NCBI GenBank assembly: GCA_030390025.1
Contig: CM059432.1
Location: 55,802,001 to 55,862,000, forward strand
Reading direction: 5' to 3'
DNA from: Squalus acanthias
Taxonomy: Eukaryota
DNA: 60,000 nucleotides
Part shown: positions 49,310 to 60,000 of the stretch, piece after piece
Position numbering within the stretch: position 1 is the first letter of the stretch
Layout: each line of letters begins with the position of its first letter
Position numbers and translations under genes: made by a program
The notes under the pieces: model-generated
What the model saw: the letters and a program-made list of their open reading frames with translations, nothing else
Told to the model about the DNA's origin: nothing
The model's database searches: none

Positions 49310-51820
49310 TAGAACATAGGAATAGAAGCAGGCCATTCAACCCCTTGAGCCTGTCCCGCTATTTAGTTAGATCATGGCTGATCTGTACCTCAACTCCATT
49401 TACCTGCCTTTGTTCCATATCTCTTGATATCTTTACCTACCAAAATCTATCAATCTCAGTTTTGAAAATTTCAGTTGATTAAGTATCCACAGCCTTTTGG
49501 GGAGCGAGTTCCAGATTTGCACTACCCTTTGTTTGCCCAGCTGTAATTTTAAGATTATGCCCTCTTGTTCTGGATTCCTATACCAGAGGAAATAGTTTCT
49601 CTGTATCTACCCTGTTGAATCCCTTAATGACAACATAAGAATTAGGAGCAGGAATAGGCTTATATGCCCCTCGAGCCTGCTCTGCCATTCAATAAGATCA
49701 TGACTGATCTTCAATCTCCACTCTACTTTCCTGCCCGATCTCCATATCCCTTGATTCCCTTAGAGTCCAAAAATCTATCTATCTCAGCCTTGAATATACT
49801 CAATGATTCAGCATCCACAGCCTTTTGGGGTAGAGAATTCCAAAGATTCCCAACCCTCTGAGTGAAGAAATTGCTCCTCATCTCAGTCTTAAATGGTCGA
49901 CCCCTTATCCTGAGACTATGCCCCTTTGTTCTAGTCTCTCCGGCCAGGGGAAACAACCTCTCAGCATCTATCCTGTCAATCCCCCTCAGAACCTTTTATG
50001 TTTCAATGAGATCACCTCTCATTCTTCTAAACTCCAGAGAGTATAGGCCCAATTTACTCAATCTCTCCTCGAAGGACAACCTACTCATCCCAGGAATCAA
50101 TCTAGTGAACCTTTGTTGCACCATCTCTAAGGCAATTATATCCTTCCTCAGATAAGGAGACCAAAACTGTGCACAGTACTCCAGGTGTGATCTCACCAAA
50201 GCCCTGAACAATTGTAGCAAGACTATGAGGGGCCTGTTTCCCTTAGCAGAGAGGTCAATAACCAGGGGGCATAGATTTAAAGTAATTGATGGAAGGATTA
50301 GAGGGTAGTTGAGAAATGTTTTCACCCAGAGGGCAGTGGGGGGTCTGGAACGCACTGCCTGAAAGGGTGGTAGAGGCAGAAACCCTCATCACATTTAAAA
50401 AGTACTTGGATAATTACTTGGATATGCACTTGAAGTGCCGTAACCTGCAAAGCTACGGATCAAGAGCTGGAAAGTGGTATTAGGCTGGATAGCTCTTTTT
50501 CGACCGGTGCAGGCACGATGGCCCAAATGGCCTCCTGTGCCGTAAATTTCTATGATTCCTTACTCTTGTACTCTAAACCCCTTGCAATAAAGGCCATTTA
50601 CATGCCATTTACCTTCGTCTTTGCTGTACCTGCATGCTAATTCTCTGCGGTTCCTGTAGTGTCAGCCGTGGCTCAGTTGGTAGCACCCTCACCTCTGAGC
50701 CAGAAGGTTGTGGGTTTGAGCCCCACTCCAGAATCTTGAGCACAAAAATCTAAGCTGACACTCCAGTGTGGTACTGAGGGAGTGCTGCACTGCCTGAGGT
50801 GCTGTCTTTCGGATGAGACGTTAAACCGAGGCCCCGTCTGCTCTCTCAGGCGACGTAAAAGATCCAATGGCACTATTTCGAAGAGCATGGGAGTTATCCC
50901 TGGTGTCCTGGCCAATATTTATCCCTCGATCAACATCATTAAAAACACAGATTATCTGGTCATATCACATGTTTGTGGAAGCTTGCTGTGCACAAATTGG
51001 CTGTCACGTTTCCTACATTACAACAGTGACTACACTTCAAAACGTACCTCATTGGCTGTAAAGCGCTTTGGGATGTCCTGAGGTAGTGAAAGGTGCTATA
51101 TAAATGTAAGTCTGTCTTTCTTTCATCCAAGTCATTTAATATATATGGTGAAAAGCTGAGGCCCCAGTACAGATCCCTGAAGATCACCACTTGTCACATC
51201 CTGCCAATCAGAGAACAAACCCTTTATCCCCACTCTCTGTCTCCTACCTCTGAACCAATTACCAACTCATGTCACAAGGTTACCTCCAATTGTATGCGCT
51301 CCCCTTTTTGCTAACTTGTGTGCAACTATATCAAATACCTTCTGGAAGTTGACATAGACAACATCCATAGATATTCCCTTATCCACCATGCTGGTGACCT
51401 CCTCAAAAAATTCAACTAGATTAGTCAGACATAACATAGCTTTCACACATCCATGTTGACTCTCTAATCAACTGATACATGTCCAAGTGCTCAGTCGCTC
51501 TGTACTGATAGATTCTAGTAAGTTCCCCACAATTGATGTTAAACTAAGGTCTGTAGTTACCTGGTTTCTGTCTCCTTCCTTTCTTAAATAATGGAGTGAC
51601 ATTTACAATTTTCAAATCCAAAAGTCACAATTCCTGAATCTGGAGAACTTTGGAAAATTATAATGAATGCATCTGCAATTTCTTCATCTATTTCTTTTAA
51701 TACCGTAGGGTGGAAACCATCAAGTCTTGCAGATTTAGCTATCTTAAGTCCTATTACTTTATTCATTACCTTTTTTTTTTACTTATATTGAATCCACCAA
51801 GTTCCACCTCTTGATTTACA
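49310..51820 (-). mobile_element. Cluster of CR1 fragments (tails at 49310 and 49632; nested + strand tail at ~50226-50555)
   Basis: CR1 3' UTRs and RT peptides 49723-50225; continuation at 50556-50655 and 51120-51820. Confidence 0.85.
50660..51120 (+). mobile_element. Full-length tRNA-derived DeuSINE-like element (SacSINE1/AmnSINE-type)
   Basis: A box TGGCTCAGTTGG, B box GGTTTGAGCCC, Deu-like core (TTTCGGATGAGACGTTAAACCGAGGCCCC...GATCCAATGGCACT) and L2-like tail (AAAGGTGCTATATAAATG). Confidence 0.85.
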
Positions 51821-51902
51821 CTAACATAAAAGGGAATCCAAAAGTCGTCTTTAGGCATATAAATAGTAAACGGGTAGTAAGAGGAGGAGCGGGGCCGATT
51901 AG

Positions 51903-54900
51903 ATGATGCAGGAGGGAGGTCTTTAGATTCCTGAGGCACTGGGACCGTTTCTAGGGAAGGTGGGACCTGTACAAGCCGGACGGGTTACACCTCAACAGAG
52001 CCGGGACCAATATTCTCCTGGGGAGGTTTGATAGTGCTGTTGGGGAGGGTTTAAACTAACGTGGCAGGGGGATGGGCACCAGCATATAGGAGTAGAAAAG
52101 AGAAATAAGGTGCATAGAGCAGTGAGTGTGTTTGGATAGTACTAGAGGCGGAAGTCGTACCATATTAGATAGGAGCAGACTAAGAAAGACTACGAAAAAT
52201 TCAAAAATGGGTTTAGAATGCATGTACGTAAACACACAGTGTGGTGAATAAAGTCGGTGAGCTACAAGCACAATTAGCTGTGTGGCAATATGATGTTGTG
52301 GCAATAACGGAAACGTGGCTTAAAAACGGTGAGGACTGGGCACTTAATATTCAAGGGTACAAGGTGTTCAGAAAAGATTGGGAAGGAAAAAGGGAGGTGG
52401 GGTGGCAGTGCTGATTAAGGAAGACATTGTAGTGTTGGAAAGGGAGGATGTTCTTGAGGGGACATGGACAGAATCCATTTGGTTAGAGTTGAGGAGCAAA
52501 AAAGATATGATCACGCTGTTGGGGTTATTCTGTCGGCCTCCAAATAGTGAGAGGGAGGTAGAGGAGCAAATCTGCAGGGAAATCGCAGAGATAGGCAAGA
52601 GCTATAGAGTGGTGATATTGAGGGACTTTAATTACCCAAATATAGATTGGGATAATGCTAGGGTAAAGGGAAAGGAGGGGGAGGAATTTCTGAAATGTGT
52701 TCAGTAGAATTTCCTTGACCAATATGTTCTTGGCCCAACTAGGAAGGAGGCATTGTTGGATCTGGTGCTGGGGAATGAGGTGGGCCAGGTGGACCAAGTG
52801 TCTGGGAGAACACTTGGGTACGAGTGATCATCGTATCATAATATTTAGATTAGCAATGGAGAGGAGCAAGGAACAATCTGGAGTGGAACTTCTAAACTGG
52901 AATAGGGCTAACTTCAATGGGATGCGAAAGGATCTAGTCAGGGTAAAATGGAACCAAAGACTGACAGGAAAAACTGTAATGGAACAGTGGGTGATCTTTA
53001 AGGAGGAGATGTTCCAAATACAGGCTAGGTACATTCCAACAAGAGGGAAGGGTAAGGGAACCAAAGCAAGGGCTCCTTGGATGACGAGGGAGATAGAGAA
53101 GATGATGAAACAAAAAAAGAGGCTGAATGATGCATGTCAGGTGAATTCTTCAAGGGAGAACCAGACCAAATACAATAAGTTGAGAGGGGAAGTGAAGATG
53201 AAAATAAGATTGGCAAAGAGAGAATATGAGAGTAGAATGGCGGTTAACATAAAAGGGAACCCAAAAATCTTCTACCGGCATGTAAACAGTAAGCGGGTAG
53301 TAAGAGGTGGGGTGGGGCCTATTGGAGACAAAGAATGTGATATATGCTTAGAGGCGCAGGGTAAGGCTAGAATACTCAATGAGTACTTTGTATTGGTGTT
53401 TACTAAGGAGGTGGATGCTGACAAAATATCGGTAGAAGTGCAAAAGGTAGAAGCAATGGAAGGGGTGAAAATTGATAGACAGGATGTACTAGAAAGGCTG
53501 GGTATGCTTAGAGTGGACAAGTCGCCTGGTCCAGATGGCTTGCATCCCAAGTTGCTAAGGGAATTGGGGGAGGAGATAGCGGAAGGGCTTGCCATAATTT
53601 TCCAATCTTCCCCAGATGCGGGGGAGGTGCCTGAGGATTGGAAAGTGGCAAATGTGACACCATTGTTCAAGGGTATAAGGACAATCCTAGTAACCACAGG
53701 CTGGTCAGTTTAACATCAGTGGTGGGTAAAGTTTTAGAAACAATAATCAAGGAAAAAATTAACGGGCACTTAGAGAGGTTTAAGCTAATTAAGAAGAGCC
53801 AACACGGATTTATAAAAGGCAGATCGTGTTTGACTAATCTAATTGAATTTTTTGATGAAGTAACAGAGAGGATTGACGAAGGGAATGCAATGGATATTGT
53901 CTACATGGATTTTCGGAAGGCGTTTGAACCAAGTACCACATAGAAGGCTGGTTAACAAAATTGAGGCTCATGGAATAGGTGGGTCAGTGGCAGCTTGGAT
54001 AAGGAATTGGCTTAAGGACAGAAAACAGCGAGTTGTGGCATATGGCTGTTTTTCAGACTGGAGGATAGTAGGCAGTGGTGTTCCCCAAGGGTCAGTGCTG
54101 GGGTCACTGCTTTTTTTGATGTATATAAATGACCTGGATATTGGAATACAGAGTAGAATTTCTAAATTTGCCGATGATTCCAAATGTGGGGGTGTGGCAA
54201 ACAGTGATGATGATACCAATCGACTGCAACAGGTCATAGAAAGGCTAGCAGAATGGGCAGACAAGTGGCAGATGGAATTTAATAGAGAAGTATGAGGTGA
54301 TGCATTTTGGCAGAAGGAACAGGGAGAGGCAATATACACTTAATGGCACAGTTTTAAAGAGTGTGCAGGGACAGAGGGACCTGGGAGTTAATGTGCATAG
54401 GTCCCTGAAGGTGGCAGGACATATTGAGAGAGTGGTTAGTAAAGCATATGGGATCTTGGGCTTCATAAATAGAGGTATTGAATACAAAAGTAGAGAAGTT
54501 ATGCTGAACCTTTATAAAGCGCTGGTTAGGCCACAACTGGAGTATTGTATCCAGTTCTGATCACCACACTTTAGGAAGGATGTGAAAGCCCTTGAGAGGG
54601 TGCAGAGGAGATTTACCAGAATGGTTCTGGGGATGGGGGATCTTAGCTACAAGGACAGGTTGGAGAAGCTGGATTTGTTTTCATTAGAGCAAAGGAGGTT
54701 GAGGGGTGATTTGATAGAGGTGTACAAGATTATGACGGGTCTGGATAGGCTAGACGGGGAAAAGCTGTTCCCACTAGTTGACGGTACAAGGACTAGGGGA
54801 CACAGATTTAAGGTTTTTGGGCAAGAGATACAGGGGGGATGTGAGGCAAAACTTTTTTACGCAGCGAATGGTGAGGACCTGGAACTCGCTGCCGACGGAA

Positions 54901-55080
54901 GTGGTGGAAGCGGAGACACTCAATGTTTTCAAGTGGAGACTGGATAGGCACTTGAGGGAAATAAACTTGCAGGGCTACGGGGATAGAGCGGGGGAGTGGG
55001 ACTGACTGGATTGCTCGACAGAGAGCCGGCACGGACTCGCTGGGCCGAATGGCCTCCTTCTGTGTCGTATGACTCTATGA
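51903..55080 (+). mobile_element. CR1 LINE (ORF1 end + degenerate ORF2)
   Basis: DGLHLNRAG esterase end, APE and RT peptides 52378-55005, tail ATGACTCTATGA. Confidence 0.92.
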
Positions 55081-55089
55081 CAGGGAAAT

Positions 55090-55700
55090 TCAGATAACAG
55101 AGGAAGTAGCAATATTGATAAAAGACACAATTACTGCAGTAGAAAGAAGGGAGTTCAGTAAGGGTGATTGGGCAGTGGAAACAGTATGGGTAGAGTTAAA
55201 GAACAGCAAAGGATGCAAGACTCTGGTAGAAGTTGTTGACCTCCTGATAGCAGTGATGTAATGGGGGAATGTATAAATACGTGGATCACGGAAGCATGTA
55301 GCAACAACAAAGTAGTTTATAATGGGAGATTTTGATTTTGACGTAGACTGGGAGAAGCATAACAGCACAAGTAGTGAAGGCAATGAATTTCTAGAATTCA
55401 GGCCAGTTTTCTAGAACAGTATGTTTTAGAACCAATAAGGTAACAGTCCACATTGGATTTAGTGATGATTAACGAACCTGAATTAGTTAACAGTCTGATG
55501 GTAAGGGAGCCTCTTACAAATAATGACCATAATATGATTGAATTTGATATTAGGTTCGAGAGGGAGAAGGGCGAATCGCAAACTAAGGTTTTAAATGTAA
55601 GCAAGGCAAACTTTGAAGGGATGAGAATTAAATTGACCGCAATAAATTGGGCTGAACTGTTTCTGGATAAATCTACAGACGAATAGTGGGAAGTATTTGG
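55090..55700 (+). mobile_element. Old CR1 APE fragment
   Basis: LDLVMINEPELV...NDHNMIEF. Confidence 0.8.
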
Positions 55701-55749
55701 TACGCTACAAATTTAAAGTAGGTTCTTCAGGCATCTGATTAGTTTTGAA

Positions 55750-56065
55750 AGAAAGAAAGACTTGTATTTATATAGTGCCTTTCACAACCTCAGGATGTTC
55801 CATAGCTCTTTACAGCCAATGAAGTACTTTTGAAGCGTAGTCACTGTTGTAATGTAGGAAACGCGGCAGCCGTTTTGTGCACAACAAGCTCCCACAAACA
55901 GCAATGTGATAATGTGACCAGGTTATCTTTTTTTAGTGGTGTTGGTTGTAGGATAAATATTGGCCAGGACACACACACAACTCCCCTGCACTGGTTCGAA
56001 ATAATGTCGTGGGATCTTTTACGTCCACCTGAGAGGGCAGATGGGCCCTTGGTTTAACGTCTCAC
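55750..56065 (-). mobile_element. DeuSINE-like element, 5'-truncated
   Basis: Reverse complement of the core and tail of 50660-51120. Confidence 0.85.
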
Positions 56066-56448
56066 CCAGCATTATCTGGTGAGAGGTGGGACAGGTGCCT
56101 CCAATAAGAAGTGTATGAGGATTACACACACAATGTGTTCACTATAGTGGTGTATTATGAAGTGAAATCTATTGATCCCTACTGCTGCCCACCCCTGCCA
56201 ACTAAATACAATTTTGGAATGAATCAACGTTGAATGTCATTGGGAAGCACTCTGGATACAAGGCACGTGGTCTTTTTCCAGTATATTACTGTCATCTCCA
56301 CCTTTATTTGCATCACTTAAGTGTATTACTTTTGTGTTAGCTACTATTTTATCTTTAACTGATCATTTTAACACTCTCTCTTCCTCTAATTAGATTAAAG
56401 TGAGAAGTCGCACAACACCAGGTTATAGTCCGACAGTTTTATTTGAAA

Positions 56449-56486
56449 TCACAAGCTTTCGGAGCTGCTGCCCCTTCGTCAGGTGA
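56449..56486 (-). ncRNA. Minimal hammerhead ribozyme motif in a second Penelope-type solo repeat (~56395-56495)
   Basis: - strand: TCAC CTGACGA A GGGGC-AGCA-GCTCC GAA AGCT T GTGA, then AATAAA. Confidence 0.72.
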
Positions 56487-59400
56487 AGTGAAGGAGATTG
56501 GCAGATAACTAATTAGATTGGCAGATAACTATTACCTGAAACAAAAACAGAATATCTGGGAATACAAAACATATTGATTGGCATTTGGACAGGAAAAAGA
56601 CAGATTAACATTTCTGATGGAGACACTTCAGAACAGAATTCATAGAGAGTCATACTTGGTCTCCATAAGCACAGTTCAGCAAGGATCACTGTATAGCAAT
56701 AGGGCCCTGGCAGACTTTCAACCTGGGGCCCTGGGGAGCTGATATTGGTTGTAGTACTTCTTGTAGGTGCAAATGGTCGAATCAGCACTCACTGTGGGTC
56801 AAGTCTGGGAGCTTTCTGATCTGCGTGGCTCAGTACCTCACCATGTGGTGATTTGTCCTCTAACCCATTAAGGAAAGTGACAACATATTTTAAAAGGCAA
56901 CTTTAGGGCAAGACTAAATGCAAAGAATTATATACTTGTCCCTTAAGTGTCCAGTGTCCCATCCCAGTTTTTCTTGTAATGGAGAGCTTCCAGTGGAGTG
57001 GATGTACTAGGATGATGCAAGGTGAAGAGATTTTCTTGAAGTACACTGCTTCACATTTTTAGTAGCCTGGTAAAGTATTTATATTTAAGGTCTAATTAGA
57101 GACCAATTTTGGGCATTTTTTTCCTATTTTTCTTACTGTTTTTAGCAACTACTCAGTGGGAACTGGAAAAAAAAAAGTTTGGAGCACAGCCAGTATGTAA
57201 CCATAAATATAACAAATACATTGCCATCAGTGCTGTTCTCAAAATAGATATATTCCTAGATGAGCTGTGTCAGTAAAATAAAAAAAAATAAAGGATTGAG
57301 GCGGAACCAATATCAAATCTCTATAATTCATAGTACCTGTATTAGAATCACACACTATTGGAATTTTATTCAGGTTCTTCTGTAGGAAAGATACCAAACT
57401 CAAAAGACGTTCCTTATAGAGCTAAAATAAAATTGCCCCCTCATTTTTCCTGCAACACCGCTCCCCCCCCCCCCCCCCCCGCCACAAAACTGTTCTTTGA
57501 AAGTTTCTAGGATGCAAAATTTGGCTTGGTTTCAACCCTACTATGGTTCTTAGTCCTATTTCCAATTTCTTTTTGGCTCTCTTGGGCTTTTGTGCATGCT
57601 TCTTGTTCCATTTACAGAAAAATAAACACCGTCTTAATTTGAGTTACAGTGTGAGTTGGTCAGACTGCTAAATGCCTCAGAAAACTCAGCTAAATTCTCA
57701 TTTAAATTAGCACAATCATGAGATGAGCTTTATTTAAATATTTTTAAAAGTAGGCACATGTAGTATCTGAAATCTAGGTGTTTTTGGACTTATCAAAATG
57801 TTGACATTAGCAATAACTAACTAAGAAAATAGATCTTAGACTAATTAGATTATTGTGAATTTGTTTTGTATTATATATGCCATCCAAAATAATTCTGTAT
57901 TTTCTGTGCACTGAACATTGTTGGTATGAGCTGTTAGTATGAGCTGTCGTAACCCATCATTCTGCTATCTCTTTCCCTGATAAGACTCTGTCCTGTGAAT
58001 GTCAGTACCTGTACCAGTCATTCAATGCTTGCATATTGCTTTGAGATCTCTTGTTTCTCTTTTCTTCCCGTCCCCAAGTGATAAAGGAAATGTGCGAAAT
58101 AGGAAGTTTTCTGCAATGGTCTTGTCCACTTCGTGTTGTCACCGAGTTTATTTAGCATATGTTCTGGGTGGTCATTAGGATTTTGCCAAAGTTTAACTGC
58201 TACCCAACATTGCGTGTTATTTCCTGAGTTTAAAAACAACTGAAAATTATTTCTTCATTTCCTGATTGATCCATCATTCCAACAATCAAAATTAATGTTG
58301 ATGATATTATGTGTCTTAATTGAAAATGTACAAGATCGTACCAGGTGTAATGATATGATCATCAGTATGCTGGAAATTGGGGTGGGGGGAAGCATGTAAG
58401 TGATTCCAATCTTCGCAGATTTATATGCACCCAGTGACATTTTTATTGTGTGAATGTAAACAGTACGACAGTATTCAAGCTTCACTTCAATTATGCCTGA
58501 TTTTACTGTAGCCATAGTTGTGTCTCAACATCAATGATTGCTAGATTGTTAGCCCTCTTCTCCACCCCCATGCACGCTGTTTCCATTGGCTTCCTCAAAC
58601 TTTTTTTTAAACAAAGGAGACTGCCTAACTCTGATCTCCATCTAGATCTGTAATGCATTCCACAATAAACTTGTATCTAAGTTGCATTTAAAGCATATGA
58701 GGCTGCCTGCTGATACTTAATGCTAGCATATCAATATAAAGTATTTACTGCACAGAAATAGGCCATTCGGCCCAACAGGTCCATGCTGGTGTTTATGCTC
58801 CACACGAACCGACACTATAGGGGAAAAACTACTTCAGCCAATACTTTTTTGTGTAATGCTTTTAGATCATCCCCTCAAATTGCTTCCATCACTGCAAACA
58901 AATGTGGCTGACACCTACTCACCACTACAGTCAGCTCAATATCGCTCAAAATGTTCTCTCCAGACAACATAAATGTTGAAGAACAAAATTCATAATTGTA
59001 CTGCTGGATTTTTTTTCACATGGTACAAAAACGCTCAACAATTGCCATTTATTCTTTACTGAAATTACATAAAATACACCTTTTTGTTAAAATTTAACAT
59101 GCGCATCAGTTTTAATGAAGCCTAAATGACAACACTGCATTTGACTGTTTCCATTTCTCTTGCTGTTATGTCTGTGTGGCTGAACAGGACTGAGAGGCAA
59201 CCTGTTTTTCATTGCCATTTATAACTTCAATGTGAACTTCAGGGAGTTCCAAATGGATCTAGTGATGCTTGTCTAGTGAGTGAAAAGTGAATTAGAAGAA
59301 ATTGGAAGCATTTGAAAGAGATGTAATATTAGGAGGATATTCATATTTATGCTTATTTTGTATGTGATTGGATAGTTTGTTCATACTGAACTTGAAAGAA

Positions 59401-59629
59401 ATTCAGTCCATTGCAGGGAAGTTTGCTTGGAATACACTGGAGAGATGTGGGATAATATTGACGTTGAGGTATTTAAACTCTTGGGCCACCTATCTGAATG
59501 GCAGGGTGTCCTGGACACTATAAGGAGTTCCCTACTCAGTAGCATACTCCTTTTGTTAAGTAGTCGATTTTCTGTGGGCTGTAATTGCCCTATTACATGC
59601 TTAGGAGAAGAGGGTTGGGTGCATATAAA

Positions 59630-59890
59630 TTATATAGAATTTACAGCACAGAAACAAGCCATTCGGCCCAACTGATCTATGGTGCTGTTTATGCTCCACA
59701 CGAGAGTCCTCCCGCCCTACTTCATCTAACCCCATCAGCATAACCTTCTATTCCTTTCTCCCTCATATACTTATCTAGCTTCCCCTTAAATGCATCTATG
59801 CTATTAGCTTCAACTACTCCATGTGGTAGTGAGTTCCGTATTCTCACCACTCTTTGGGTAAAGAAGTTTCTCCAGAATTCTCTACTAACT
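59630..59890 (-). mobile_element. CR1 3' tail fragment
   Basis: RNFFTQRVVRIRNSLP...GIEGY and 3' UTR. Confidence 0.85.
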
Positions 59891-60000
59891 ATCTTATATT
59901 TTTTTAATTTGTTTATGGGATGTGGGCGACACTGGCAAGGCCAGCATTTATTGCCCATCCCCAATTGCCCTTGAGAAGGTGGTGGTGAGTTGTCTTCTTG

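Noticed and set aside
50660..50730. tRNA gene
   Set aside because: It continues directly into a SINE body and has diverged copies in the window.
57463..57480. Poly-C tract (also poly-G near 16009 and 42777)
   Set aside because: Simple homopolymers with no supporting context.

Overview
Eukaryotic, repeat-dense vertebrate DNA. The CR1, DeuSINE and Penelope families and the ROCK1 sequence suggest a cartilaginous fish (inference). The only recognisable host gene is ROCK1: coding exon 1 at 44711-44803 (+), preceded by a CpG-rich promoter with a tandem array of NRF1-type motifs and followed by a TE-filled intron 1. The upstream ~43 kb is a nest of transposons. It contains a structurally complete PIF/Harbinger element (17949-24869; 12-bp TIRs, TTG TSD) with a three-exon Myb/SANT gene convergent with an uninterrupted DDE transposase, a young MITE sharing its ends (3540-4311), and several older Harbinger families. 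It also holds many CR1 LINEs (one with an esterase ORF1), an RTE with a ~32-bp TSD, L2 fragments, tRNA-derived DeuSINEs, and Penelope elements whose terminal repeats contain minimal hammerhead-ribozyme cores. Between these insertions lie colinear fragments of an apparently intronless MROH (maestro HEAT-repeat) pseudogene. All family assignments come from recognising motifs by eye, not from database searches, and boundaries of decayed elements are approximate.
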